Shown: positions 28,743 to 38,444 of the stretch, in pieces
Numbering within the stretch: position 1 is the stretch's first letter
Layout of the letters: every line of letters starts with the position of its first letter
From: Candidatus Uhrbacteria bacterium
GTDB lineage: Bacteria > Patescibacteriota > Patescibacteriia > UBA9934
NCBI GenBank assembly: GCA_003518105.1
Contig: DOZH01000012.1
Span: forward strand, 1-48,600
Reading direction: 5' to 3'
DNA: 48,600 nt
Translations under genes and position numbers: made by a program
Notes under the pieces: generated by a model
Told to the model about the DNA's origin: nothing
What the model saw: only the letters and a program-made list of their open reading frames with translations
Database searches by the model: none

Positions 28743-30191
28743 CTAGTTACCGCTAGTGATGTCGCCGAAAGTTGAGGTCTTGAGAGGGGTGGCTTTTAGA
28801 ATAGTGTTAGGAAGTTTGCCGGCACCGAGCGGATTATAACTCTTAGCTACTTCGTCGCCATCGTTGAAGCCGTCGCCGTCAGAATCTGGATTGTTAGGAT
28901 CGGTGCCGTATTTGGTTTCTTCTTTAGCGGTGAGGCCGTCGTTATCCGCGTCTAGTTTGTCAGCAGCTGCTTGAGCGGCTTGGTCCGCCATAATTTTAGC
29001 GAAGACTTCCTGGATGGATGAAGCGTTTTCTGGGGCGACAACGTCGGGCGTGGTGTTAATGTTGGTTAAGGTGAGGGAGAAGACGACGTTAAGCGGACCC
29101 TCGAATTTTTCTTTGAGTTTATCGTTGGCGGCCGTGTCGATGGTTTCTGTTAGGGTGATTTTGTGGATAAAATTGTCACTCGTACCAACCCAAACTTCGC
29201 CGGAGATGGGGCCGAGGGCGCCAATAGCCTCAGTTATTTTGGTTAAGTCCCGCTCGTTAAGAGCTGTTGGCTGCTTGAGGTGAATGTCTTTGAGGGTAGC
29301 AATGAGAGCAGTATTGTCGACGGTAAACTTATAGTTTTTAACTGGGAGACCAGCTACGGTGGTGTTAACGCCAGCAGTGAAGTTGGTGAGGATGGTGGGC
29401 AGGGCGGCGACAAAGAGATCGGTAACTGCTTTCTCGTCGTCGGCAGAAAGGTTGAGTGAGGAGTTGACTTCGGCTAAGGCTTTAGTGTTATTGAGCTGCT
29501 TTTTAGCCTCTTTCATGTCCACAAAAATCCACTGGTCGGTGAGGCTCGCGATAATGCTTTGGAAAGCTACAGGCAAGGCCTCTAGACCGGTTGTTGTTCC
29601 ATCGTTTGGCGCTGGAATACCGGCTACTCTAAAATAGAGTTTGTCATCCAGGATGCGTAAGCCAACCGTAAAAGGGCCCTTGCTGATGCCGTCTGTAATT
29701 GCCGAAAGAGTAGTAGTGGTGCCGAAGGTCGTCTCGTTAGCACTACCGTCGATGATAATATTAGCAGTGAAATCCGTAGCTCCCTTACCACTATCCTTTT
29801 TGACTGGTAAGGATCTGCCAGAGGCGGTGACTTCCAGGTTGAAAGTAGCGTTCTTCACCGTAGCCATGGCGGTCTGCACGTTACTCATGATGCGAGCTGG
29901 GCTGTGGGCTTGTTGCCAGTAGTAGTAACTGGCGAAGGCGGCACCGGCCAAGAGAAGAGCTAAAATAACTAAAAAGATAATGAGTTTGGCGTGGCCACGA
30001 CGACCCTCGCTGAGCGGGGTTGGTGAGTTTGTGGCCAAAGCTGAGCTTTGACTTGGCTCGGGAGCTGGCATGGCTGGGGCGGGAGTCGATAAGGCCCCCT
30101 CCATCTCCCCCATAGCTGGGGGAGGGTTTACGGGCTCAGGGATACTGGCAAAAGGGTCAACAGCTTCAACTTTTGGTGTTTCGTCAAACAT
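28743..30191 (-). CDS. Membrane-anchored surface protein with C-terminal Ca-binding TSP3-like repeats
   Basis: Pro-rich N-terminus, one TM, DADNDGLT..E..YGTDPNNPDSDGDGFNDGDEV. Confidence 0.8.
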   Translation of the reverse strand: MFDETPKVEAVDPFASIPEPVNPPPAMGEMEGALSTPAPAMPAPEPSQSSALATNSPTPLSEGRRGHAKLIIFLVILALLLAGAAFASYYYWQQAHSPARIMSNVQTAMATVKNATFNLEVTASGRSLPVKKDSGKGATDFTANIIIDGSANETTFGTTTTLSAITDGISKGPFTVGLRILDDKLYFRVAGIPAPNDGTTTGLEALPVAFQSIIASLTDQWIFVDMKEAKKQLNNTKALAEVNSSLNLSADDEKAVTDLFVAALPTILTNFTAGVNTTVAGLPVKNYKFTVDNTALIATLKDIHLKQPTALNERDLTKITEAIGALGPISGEVWVGTSDNFIHKITLTETIDTAANDKLKEKFEGPLNVVFSLTLTNINTTPDVVAPENASSIQEVFAKIMADQAAQAAADKLDADNDGLTAKEETKYGTDPNNPDSDGDGFNDGDEVAKSYNPLGAGKLPNTILKATPLKTSTFGDITSGN

Positions 30192-30196
30192 AGAAA

Positions 30197-31258
30197 TTAG
30201 ATTGAGTGGCGCTCGAGCACGCCAGCTTTATAGAGTTGAACTAAGGAGAGGAAGGCAGCCAAGACGGTTGGACCAATAATGATGCCAATCGGACCAAAAA
30301 CCTGTAGACCACCAAGAATGGTGAGGAGAACGAGCAAGGGGTGCATGCTGGTACGGCCGCCGACGATGATGGGGCGGAGGAAGTTATCGATGGAACCGAC
30401 GAGGATGATTGACCAGATAGCTAAGCCGATAGCGGCTGCTTGATGACCAGAGAAGAAGAGATAAAGACAGGCCGGAACCATGACACTGGCCGTACCAACG
30501 AAGGGAATGTTGGCAGCAACGACGACCAGGGCGGCCCAAATGAGGGCGCCGGGAACACCGAAGATAGTCATGCCGAGGCCGGCGACAACGCCTTGAGCGA
30601 CGGAGACAATAACTGAACCAGCGACGACCGCGCGGATGGTACCGGTCATGCTGGAGAGAATACTGCTGTCGGTTTTGTCACGGAGTGGGCTGAGAGTAAG
30701 AATTTCGTGGACTAGGCGTTCGCGGTCAACCAAGAGGTAATAGAGACAAATGAAGAAGACGAAGGTTTTAAAGAGGAAGCCACCGGCTTCGGAGAAAATT
30801 GCCCCGAGATGTTGCGAGGCCCACTGGGCGATGGAAATGAGGCCTGCGCGAAGGTCGATTGAAGCGATATATTCCTGGACGGCTGTTGGTAACTGTTGAA
30901 CAAGCGGATTAGCGGAGAAGTTGATGTCGAAAACAGAACCATTCTGAGCAACCAACAGCTGTACGAGGTTAACAGCTTGATTGACCATGACGATACTCGT
31001 GATAACTAGAGGCACCACGATGACGATGAGAACCAGTAGGACGATGAGGAACGAGGACAGGCCACGACGACCACCGAGCTTGCGTCTGAGAGCACGTTCA
31101 ATTGGCGTAGTCACAACAGCCATCACGCCGGCAGTCATGAGGACAATGGCGTAGGGTTGAATGGTTTGCCAGAAGAGATAGCCGACAATAAGCGAAACGC
31201 CCAGAAAAAACCAACGGGCGATATGTTCGTGTTCCGAGAGTGTTGCGAGTTTAGCCAT
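30197..31258 (-). CDS. AI-2E (PerM) family transporter
   Basis: IPFVG, DNFLRP, HPLLVLLTILGG..FG..G.IIGP. Confidence 0.95.
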   Translation of the reverse strand: MAKLATLSEHEHIARWFFLGVSLIVGYLFWQTIQPYAIVLMTAGVMAVVTTPIERALRRKLGGRRGLSSFLIVLLVLIVIVVPLVITSIVMVNQAVNLVQLLVAQNGSVFDINFSANPLVQQLPTAVQEYIASIDLRAGLISIAQWASQHLGAIFSEAGGFLFKTFVFFICLYYLLVDRERLVHEILTLSPLRDKTDSSILSSMTGTIRAVVAGSVIVSVAQGVVAGLGMTIFGVPGALIWAALVVVAANIPFVGTASVMVPACLYLFFSGHQAAAIGLAIWSIILVGSIDNFLRPIIVGGRTSMHPLLVLLTILGGLQVFGPIGIIIGPTVLAAFLSLVQLYKAGVLERHSI

Positions 31259-31409
31259 ATTATCTGTATTGTACAGAATTTTTAGCTAAGCGTCATGTGG
31301 CGGTGAAGACGCTCAACTTATTCACGAGTTATCCACCGAATAGACTCGAAAAACAAGCGACTGAAGGCAAAAGATGCTAAACTATTGTGGTATTCATTAA
31401 TTGATAGTT

Positions 31410-31883
31410 ATGTCTGATAGCGATCCGAAGTTTGGTCACATGGAGGCTGCCTTGAAAAAGGCATCAGTCGATAGTGGTAGAAAGCTGCCTGAGGCACAAC
31501 AGGAACAAAACCCGACGGACCTGGATACAGGTAAGATGCTCACGACAGGTGTACATAGTTTTGAACGTGAATGGAGCGAGCAAAATGATGAGAGTGTGGT
31601 AGTTCCTGGCTTGAAAAATCTAGGATTTGTAGGTACTGGAGAATACGGCACTGAATTGTTGAAGAAAATATCTAATAATGGCCAAGAGGTCGATGTTAGC
31701 GTCATCCTGACACAGGGTGGCGGAACTATAAGCCTGGGAATCGATCATAGAATCCGTTCTGTTTTGAGCCCTGAAATGAACGCTGAGCTGAATCAAGCCC
31801 TAGCTGAAACTTGGCAATTTTTATCAGATAACGGAGCCTCTAATTTAGAAACGGTGGAATACGACGATAGTAATACGCCCTAA
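31410..31883 (+). CDS. Acidic hypothetical protein
   Basis: ORF fills the gap; ATG 31410; terminator 31893-31927. Confidence 0.7.
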   Translation: MSDSDPKFGHMEAALKKASVDSGRKLPEAQQEQNPTDLDTGKMLTTGVHSFEREWSEQNDESVVVPGLKNLGFVGTGEYGTELLKKISNNGQEVDVSVILTQGGGTISLGIDHRIRSVLSPEMNAELNQALAETWQFLSDNGASNLETVEYDDSNTP

Positions 31884-31892
31884 GATTCAGAT

Positions 31893-31927
31893 AAAAAAAA
31901 CTCCCCGGCCGAAGCTGGGGAGTTTTT
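31893..31927. terminator. Bidirectional terminator
   Basis: A8-ctccccggc cgaa gctggggag-T5 between convergent genes. Confidence 0.85.
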
Positions 31928-31928
31928 A

Positions 31929-32225
31929 TTATGGGATGAGCACTTCGTTGTCCGCGGCGATGATTTGTTGGAAAGAGGGGCTGGTGGTGGCCCAGTCGGT
32001 GATGTCGACACGAACGGGGAGGTCGGATTCCGACATGGCGTCCTTGAGCTGGCTGAGGGTACGGTCTGCGATGGGGACGTCACTCATGATGCAGAGGTCG
32101 ATGTCTGAGTAGGGCTTTTTGGTACCGCGAGCGCGTGAACCGTAGAGGGCGACCTTGGTGTTGGGCAAGTATTTAGCGAAGATATCTTTGATGATGACTA
32201 GCCATTCTGGTTTTAGGTCAATCAT
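31929..32225 (-). CDS. Minimal nucleotidyltransferase (MNT) antitoxin
   Basis: LYGSRARG..YSDIDL, VDI. Confidence 0.92.
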   Translation of the reverse strand: MIDLKPEWLVIIKDIFAKYLPNTKVALYGSRARGTKKPYSDIDLCIMSDVPIADRTLSQLKDAMSESDLPVRVDITDWATTSPSFQQIIAADNEVLIP

Positions 32226-32644
32226 ACACTTGTTGCTAGACGACTTTGCAAGCCGGCGAGAAGTTTGCCGGAGGCGGCGGCGAAGGCGGGAATAGTGGCA
32301 AAAATCTCTTTGGCTTTGGCTTCGTCGTAAGCGTGACTGGTGATATTGCGTTTTTCGCGGAAGTCGAACCAGGCGCCAACGTCGTCGATTAAGCCCACTT
32401 CCCCACCAACGCGTAATACGTCGCGAAAACCAAGTTCATCGATGGTGTCTGGATTGTGACTGGTGATTTCCAGAAAACGCTTGAGCATCTTATAAGCGAG
32501 CTCGTAGGTGTACTCGAAACGCTGAATCGCTGCGTCACGATTCAGAACCGCTTGAATTTTATCGTCGGTTTTGGCGTCTAAGGCGTCAACAAGACTAGCG
32601 TGAGCTTTAATGAAAGAAGAGATGTCGAGCTTGGGTTCATTCAT
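32222..32644 (-). CDS. HI0074-family HEPN protein (MNT partner)
   Basis: RDAAIQRFEYTYELAYK.LKR, RNITSHAY (RX4H). Confidence 0.92.
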   Translation of the reverse strand: MNEPKLDISSFIKAHASLVDALDAKTDDKIQAVLNRDAAIQRFEYTYELAYKMLKRFLEITSHNPDTIDELGFRDVLRVGGEVGLIDDVGAWFDFREKRNITSHAYDEAKAKEIFATIPAFAAASGKLLAGLQSRLATSV

Positions 32645-32739
32645 ACGAAAATATGGTAACACAATTGGCGAAGATACAAAAATCCCCCGTCCTGGCCAGC
32701 TGAGCTGGTCCGGAGCGAGGGATGATTGTAACGTCCAGC

Positions 32740-32997
32740 TTATTCGCGTGGGCGAGCTGAGTTGACGCTGATGGTGCGACCACCGAACTCGGTCTGGTTG
32801 AACATGTCAACGGCCTTGTTCATGTCGGCTTCGTTCTCGAACTCGACGAAGGCGAATCCGCGCTTCTTACCGGTTTCGCGGTCGATTGGCATGAATACCG
32901 AGACGACGTTACCAGCGGCCATAAAGTGGGCCTTGAGTTCTTCTTCCGTGGCTGCGTAAGGAACGCCACCGACGAAAACGCGTGTTGTGTCTGCCAT
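32740..32997 (-). CDS. RRM RNA-binding protein
   Basis: RNP2 VFVGGV, RNP1 RGFAFVEF, GRTISVNSARPRE. Confidence 0.96.
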   Translation of the reverse strand: MADTTRVFVGGVPYAATEEELKAHFMAAGNVVSVFMPIDRETGKKRGFAFVEFENEADMNKAVDMFNQTEFGGRTISVNSARPRE

Positions 32998-33094
32998 ACT
33001 ATGTAGGCTTTTTAAGCCCTGTTACTACTCCGTCGTTGACACTTCTTCACGTTGTTGACGGAGAAGTAACCGTACGGATGTTAAGCCTCACTAC

Positions 33095-33123
33095 TGTACA
33101 TGATGGCAAAAATCCTGGCAAAT
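33095..33123 (-). promoter_or_regulatory. Promoter of the RRM gene, giving a structured leader of about 90 nt
   Basis: TTGCCA-17-TACAGT with TG extension. Confidence 0.6.
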
Positions 33124-33181
33124 TGCCTGTGTATAAAGATTTTTGGCGTGGATAAGCGAAATAAAGTACAATGGTTGTAAT

Positions 33182-33868
33182 ATGATTGGAGCCTTTGCGA
33201 TATTCGTTTATATACTCAGCGTCCTATGGCTGGGAGTGTTTGTTCTCAATAAGGAGCTACGGAAGGAGATGATTATTCTCAGCGTCAGCGCTTTCTTTTT
33301 AGCACCGGTGATTGTGACTGTTAAGGGCGGGGATGCGGCCATGGTGGCGGAACGCTTTGCTGGTGTGCACATGCTCGACTTGTGGTTCGCTTTTGTGGTG
33401 GCGGGTTTGGCTGGGAGCCTGTACCACGTCATTTTTGGTAAGCATTATCACAGGCTGCCGAAGATCAAACAGGCCAAGAAGGACGACGCGTTGGTGCAGC
33501 TTTGGTTGATACGATTGTTTATTGGGGCTTTGGCCTTCATGTGGGGCATTGTCTTTTGTGCGGTGGCGTTTGATTTGACGCCAGCACCGGCGGCCTTGGC
33601 GACTGGAGTAGTAATGAGTATTTACATTATTGCGCATCGCCATGATTTGTTGGTGGATGTGTTGCTCTCGGGTTTGATCACGGGACTTGTCGCCTTCTTT
33701 GCTGGAGCGATTGCGATCCTGGGAAGTACACAGGGATTCTCGAGTACATTGATTGCGGAGCATGGATATTTGTGGAATGTGCCACTGGATTTGGTGACTT
33801 GGAGCGTAGCTTTTGGACTCGCCCTTGGCCCGATGTACGAATATATTAGGCGATTAACGGTGAAATAA
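33182..33868 (+). CDS. Membrane protein, possibly lycopene-cyclase-domain-like
   Basis: About 7 TMs; two-fold pattern ending VPLDLV.W..FG...YEY; family assignment tentative. Confidence 0.6.
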   Translation: MIGAFAIFVYILSVLWLGVFVLNKELRKEMIILSVSAFFLAPVIVTVKGGDAAMVAERFAGVHMLDLWFAFVVAGLAGSLYHVIFGKHYHRLPKIKQAKKDDALVQLWLIRLFIGALAFMWGIVFCAVAFDLTPAPAALATGVVMSIYIIAHRHDLLVDVLLSGLITGLVAFFAGAIAILGSTQGFSSTLIAEHGYLWNVPLDLVTWSVAFGLALGPMYEYIRRLTVK

Positions 33869-33869
33869 T

Positions 33870-34247
33870 ATGAAGTCGACGTCGCCTATAAACGAGTTTT
33901 CTTTTGCGCAAAACGAGGGTCAATTGGCCGTGGATTGTATTGAGACGCCTCGAGAGATCATTATTCGGAGCGCCATTGCTGGGGTTAAGCTGGAGGACCT
34001 GCATATTCATGTGACGGAAGACCTGGTGACCATTCGCGGTGAACGGAGCTTGGCAAGCCTGCCGGCGCATAGTACGGTGCACTACAGTGAATGTTTTTGG
34101 GGTGCGTTTAGCCGCTCGATTGTCCTCCCTTGCCGGGTCAAGACTGACGAAGCAGACGCAGTTCTTAAAAATGGCATTTTAACTATTACCATTCCTATAG
34201 CTTACGGCGACATTAAGCTCGCGGTACGAGAGGATCTAAACCCATAG
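33870..34247 (+). CDS. Hsp20/alpha-crystallin small heat-shock protein
   Basis: VTIRGER, ECFWGAFSRSIVLP, A.LKNGILTITIP. Confidence 0.95.
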   Translation: MKSTSPINEFSFAQNEGQLAVDCIETPREIIIRSAIAGVKLEDLHIHVTEDLVTIRGERSLASLPAHSTVHYSECFWGAFSRSIVLPCRVKTDEADAVLKNGILTITIPIAYGDIKLAVREDLNP

Positions 34248-34248
34248 T

Positions 34249-36201
34249 ATGAACCTGTTAAAGACTGAGGCCGAGGGGAACGCTAAGAAGAGTCTTTATC
34301 AACGAGTTTGTATAATGTTGCCGACCAAACGGACTTTCATGGTTATGGGAGTTGGGTTGGTAGTTTTGGTGATTGTTTTTGGTTCAGCAGGATTAGTGCG
34401 AGCTAATTACGCTGGGCGTGTGTTGCCGGGCGTGAGCTTTGCGAATATTGACCTAGGCGGACTCGACAGGTTAGCAGCAACCGAGGTGATCCAGAAGGCC
34501 GTTGATAAAATGTTGGATGCGGGGCTGACGGTGAGCGTGAATGGCGAGAGTCAGAACGTGGCACTGCGCAGTACTAGCGTCGAGACAGCAAGTGACTTAA
34601 TGGTGGTCGACGTTAACAAGGCGGTGGACGCTGTGCTGGCCGTTGGTCATGAGGCTGGGCCGATAGGATGGCTGAAGGCGTTGGTGGTGGCGATAGTGCA
34701 CAATACACCAGTTAATCCGAGCGTGGTGACCGTAAATAGCGCTTTGGCTGAAGCTGATATTAGAACTACCTTCGCGACGGCTGAAACAGCTAGCGTACCG
34801 ACTGATTATAAGATTAGTAAGAAGAAGGATGAGGTGAGCGTGACTGTGATTCCGGGAGAAGCCGGAACTATGCTCGACGTGACCACAGCACTCGATACAT
34901 TACTCTCCGATAGCTGGGATTTATCGCTCAAGCCGCTAACCGTGGTCCTGCGAAGTATCGATCCAGCAGTTAGTAAAAGTCAGGCTGAGAGCCTTGTCGA
35001 CCAAGTAAAAGAAGCCATTAATCATGCGCCATATACCTTGGAGTATATTGCCGACATGACCCAGATTGATTTGACGTGGCCGATTACGCAGTCTGAGTTG
35101 ATGGATTGGTTAGTGCCGACTGTTGATGAGGCTGGAGTGCCACAACTAAACCTAGACGCAACACAGATGGTCGACTTCCTAGCGGACGTGCACAGCCAAG
35201 TGGACGTGTCGGCCCAGGATGCTAGATTCCAGATTGATGGCAGTAAGGTGACAGAGTTTGCTGGTAGTCATAACGGAATTGCCGTGAATGACGAGAAGAC
35301 GATTGCGGCGATTGTCGACTATTTTACCAATAAAGTGCAGGCCACCATTTATGTGGTAACGGATATTACTGAGCCTAAGGTGACGACGGGAACGGTGAAT
35401 AATTTGGGGATTACGGAGGTGTTGGGTGTGGGTACGTCGAGTTTTGTGAACTCCCCTGGCAACCGTTTGCTCAACATTCAGCATGGCGTCGACAAGTTGA
35501 ACGGTTTGTTGATTGCCCCAGGTGAGACTATGTCGTTAGTTGAGAAACTGAAGCCATTTACGATTGAGGATGGTTATTTGCCGGAGTTGGTGATTAAGGG
35601 TGATGAGATAAAGCCGGAAATTGCGGGCGGTTTGTGTCAGATTGGAACGACGACGTTCCGCGCGGTGATGAACTCCGGATTGAAAGTAGTAGAACGACGT
35701 AATCATTCGCTGGTAGTTAGCTATTACAACGACCCAAGTAATGGTAACCCCGGCACGGATGCCACTATCTACGACCCTTCCCCCGACTTCAAGTTCATGA
35801 ATGACACACCGAATTACATTCTGCTGGCGACGGATATGAACCGTGAGGAGGGTATGCTGCGTTTTACCTTCTGGGGTACGAGCGACGGTCGTAAGGGGTC
35901 CTACACGCCGCCTGAGGTGCTCAAGTGGCTCGGTGCTGGCAGTCCAGTCACCACTTACACCACTGCCCTCGGCCCTGGTGTGCAGAAATGCCAGGCGGCT
36001 CACCCGGGTGCCACCACGAATTTTACCTATAACGTGACTTACGGCGATGGAACGACCCATACTGAGGACTTTTACTCGAGCTACCGGTCGCTGCCGCAAA
36101 TCTGCTTGGTGGGAAAAGCCGACGCGGTGCCAGACCCAGTGGTCACCGACGCACCGCCCACTGACGAACCGGTGGCCAGCGAGGAGTTAGTGACTCCGTA
36201 A
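34249..36201 (+). CDS. VanW family protein with PG_binding_4-like region
   Basis: N-terminal TM, VLPGV..IDLGGL, GGLCQIGTT.FRA, ERRNHS, GTDATIY..PDFKF.NDT. Confidence 0.92.
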   Translation: MNLLKTEAEGNAKKSLYQRVCIMLPTKRTFMVMGVGLVVLVIVFGSAGLVRANYAGRVLPGVSFANIDLGGLDRLAATEVIQKAVDKMLDAGLTVSVNGESQNVALRSTSVETASDLMVVDVNKAVDAVLAVGHEAGPIGWLKALVVAIVHNTPVNPSVVTVNSALAEADIRTTFATAETASVPTDYKISKKKDEVSVTVIPGEAGTMLDVTTALDTLLSDSWDLSLKPLTVVLRSIDPAVSKSQAESLVDQVKEAINHAPYTLEYIADMTQIDLTWPITQSELMDWLVPTVDEAGVPQLNLDATQMVDFLADVHSQVDVSAQDARFQIDGSKVTEFAGSHNGIAVNDEKTIAAIVDYFTNKVQATIYVVTDITEPKVTTGTVNNLGITEVLGVGTSSFVNSPGNRLLNIQHGVDKLNGLLIAPGETMSLVEKLKPFTIEDGYLPELVIKGDEIKPEIAGGLCQIGTTTFRAVMNSGLKVVERRNHSLVVSYYNDPSNGNPGTDATIYDPSPDFKFMNDTPNYILLATDMNREEGMLRFTFWGTSDGRKGSYTPPEVLKWLGAGSPVTTYTTALGPGVQKCQAAHPGATTNFTYNVTYGDGTTHTEDFYSSYRSLPQICLVGKADAVPDPVVTDAPPTDEPVASEELVTP

Positions 36202-36213
36202 GCCTGCAAGATA

Positions 36214-36248
36214 CACAAAAAACCAGCCGTAAATGGCTGGTTTTTGTG
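36214..36248. terminator. Bidirectional terminator
   Basis: cacaaaaaaccagcc gtaaat ggctggtttttgtg. Confidence 0.85.
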
Positions 36249-36249
36249 T

Positions 36250-36405
36250 CTTTATGTTGCTTAACGGCTAGTTCTGACTAAACTGCAGTCAAGAAGATAT
36301 ACCCATTGCACTGGGATCAGCCGGAGCCGAAATCAGGTAACAAAATATGTCCCCATGCTTGTCGTGACTGCAGTTTACTCGGAACTAACAGGGCATGGCT
36401 CGTGA
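36250..36405 (-). ncRNA. Candidate rod-shaped ncRNA (6S-like?)
   Basis: Promoter TTGACA-17-TACCTT (36412-36440), 23-nt arms 36269-36291/36365-36387, inner GU-rich helices, C(UCCG)G apical loop, terminator downstream, no ORF. Confidence 0.6.
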
Positions 36406-36462
36406 CTGCCGAAGGTAACATAACAAAAAAAGCCTGTCAACAGGCTTTTTTATTAATTTTGC

Positions 36463-37053
36463 TTAGGCTGACTTGATAACTTTGTCCACCAAGCCGTACT
36501 TTTGAGCGTCCTTGGCACCCATAAATTTGTCGCGTTCGGTGTCGTCTGTGACCTTGGCCATGGGCTGACCGGTGTGTTTAGCGAGAATGGCGTTAAGGCT
36601 CTCTTTCATGAGCATAATGCGCTCGGCATGGATTTTAATGTCCGTAGCTTGGCCTTCGACGCCGCCCAGCACCTGGTGGATCATGACTTCGGAGTTAGGT
36701 AGAGCGAAGCGTTTACCGTGGGCACCAGCGGCCAAGAGGACGGCGGCCATACTAGCGGCCATGCCGATACAGATAGTACTGACATCGGGTGCTATAAACT
36801 GCATGGTGTCGTAAATAGCGAGGCCAGAGGTGACGCTGCCACCTGGGGAGTTAATGTAGATAGTGATGTCTTTGGTTTTGTCCTGGCTGGCCAAGAACAA
36901 GAGCTGGGCAATGACGGCGTTAGCGACGTTGTCGTCGATAGCGGTGCCCAAGAAAATAATGCGATCTTTGAGCAAACGGGAGTAAATATCGTAAGAACGT
37001 TCGCCTTGGGCGGACTTTTCGATGACGATTGGGAGCATGTAATCATTGCGCAT
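36463..37053 (-). CDS. clpP: ATP-dependent Clp protease proteolytic subunit
   Basis: [34 protein letters not shown]; true start about 37053 or 37038. Confidence 0.98.
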   Translation of the reverse strand: MRNDYMLPIVIEKSAQGERSYDIYSRLLKDRIIFLGTAIDDNVANAVIAQLLFLASQDKTKDITIYINSPGGSVTSGLAIYDTMQFIAPDVSTICIGMAASMAAVLLAAGAHGKRFALPNSEVMIHQVLGGVEGQATDIKIHAERIMLMKESLNAILAKHTGQPMAKVTDDTERDKFMGAKDAQKYGLVDKVIKSA

Positions 37054-37204
37054 AGTGTTGTTATGGTGCCCTAATTCTCGTCTTTTGTAAAGAATTAGCC
37101 TATTTTCATTGACATTTTGGTTAAGATATGATATTATTTTTGGTTGGTTCTGGTGTAAAAATCTTAACCCGACTTCTCCCCAAACCCCAACTAGGAGGTG
37201 CCTC

Positions 37205-37720
37205 ATGGCACGACTGCCTGTCATAATCGACTGCGACCGTCTCGATCTTTCCAACGCCATGTTCAACGAACATAGCCTGGCCTTCACTGTGCATGGCGAA
37301 AGCCTGCACTTCTCGACCGTGATGTCGATCAAAAAACTCGGCTGGCAGAAATACGAGGTGTGTGGCCGTATCGTATTCGATCGCTACGGCACATCATTCC
37401 CTGCAGCCAAGCTCGTCTGCTCAACGAAGAAGAAGGACGGTGTGCTGACGATGAACGTCGGAGATCCGGAAAATAAGGTGCAGATCGACCACTTCGATCG
37501 GCTGTGCCTGCGCTGCCCCAAGTGCGGAGCCGAGTCACGCCTGACTCTGAGCGGGCCGGCTATGTGCGGAACGGCGTACATTCGTGAGTGCACCGTGTGC
37601 TTTGACACCTGCGTGTACGACAAGCAATGTACCTGGCCCAGCCGCTTCACGGTGCCGAACCTGGAGGGTCGGTCTGGGCAACGCCTCGGTATGTGCGACG
37701 ACCCACGGAACCACCGCTAG
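37205..37720 (+). CDS. Orphan Cys-rich (zinc-ribbon-like) protein
   Basis: Promoter TTGACA-17-TATTAT (37109-37137), AGGAGGT SD, CPKC and CTVC motifs, terminator 37739-37772. Confidence 0.8.
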   Translation: MARLPVIIDCDRLDLSNAMFNEHSLAFTVHGESLHFSTVMSIKKLGWQKYEVCGRIVFDRYGTSFPAAKLVCSTKKKDGVLTMNVGDPENKVQIDHFDRLCLRCPKCGAESRLTLSGPAMCGTAYIRECTVCFDTCVYDKQCTWPSRFTVPNLEGRSGQRLGMCDDPRNHR

Positions 37721-37774
37721 AACCGTCGCCCGCCCGGCAGGACACCCGTTGTCTGCTGCGGCGGGTGTTCTTGT

Positions 37775-38443
37775 TTAAGTCAAAATTCCTTGATCGAGTT
37801 TATGGATCTCTGTAGGATTCAGAGCATCGATAACATGCTCGTAGTGAGTGACCAAGAGAATGCCTGTTCCCTGCTCGCGGAGTTTGGAGATGACCTCGAT
37901 AAGATAGCCGACGGCGTCGGGGTCGAGGCCGGAGTCGGGTTCGTCGAGCAGGGCGTACTTGGGTTTCAACATTAGGAGCTGGAGGAGTTCAGAGCGTTTT
38001 TTTTCGCCGCCGGAGAAGCCTTCGTTGAGAGAACGCTTGGCGAATTTGGGGTCCAGGCGGAGGAGACCGAGGGCTGATTGGAGATCGCGTTCGAAGGGTA
38101 AAGTGTGAGGACGCTCGCCGGTGATGGCTTCGAGGGAGGTGCGAAGGAAGTCGTCCATGGGAACGCCGGGGACTTCGGGTGGGGTTTGCAGGGATAAGAA
38201 TAAGCCGTGTCGGGCGCGCGCAAAAGTTGGGAGTGAGGTGAGGTCGACGTCGTCCAGAACGATGCTGCCAGAGGTAACTTCGTAGAGAGGGTTGGCCATG
38301 AGAGCGTTGAGTAGGGTCGACTTCCCTGCCCCGTTGTGACCGGTGAGGATGTGCAGCTCGCCAGGTTCGATGCACAAACTGACGCCCTTGATGATAGGTG
38401 TCTGTTCGCGGCTGACGTGGAGGTTGGTGATTATTAGCGACAT
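37775..38443 (-). CDS. sufC: Fe-S assembly ATPase SufC
   Basis: GHNGAGKST, NEGFSGGEKKR, LDEPDSGLD, VTHY. Confidence 0.95.
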   Translation of the reverse strand: MSLIITNLHVSREQTPIIKGVSLCIEPGELHILTGHNGAGKSTLLNALMANPLYEVTSGSIVLDDVDLTSLPTFARARHGLFLSLQTPPEVPGVPMDDFLRTSLEAITGERPHTLPFERDLQSALGLLRLDPKFAKRSLNEGFSGGEKKRSELLQLLMLKPKYALLDEPDSGLDPDAVGYLIEVISKLREQGTGILLVTHYEHVIDALNPTEIHKLDQGILT

Positions 38444-38444
38444 A

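Noticed and set aside
31329-33155. Replication origin suggested by DnaA-like boxes
   Set aside because: Boxes are isolated, with no dnaA/dnaN and no visible skew switch.
36250-36405. SRP RNA identity for the rod-shaped RNA
   Set aside because: The conserved domain IV motif (CAGG..GNRA..AGCAG) was not found on either strand.
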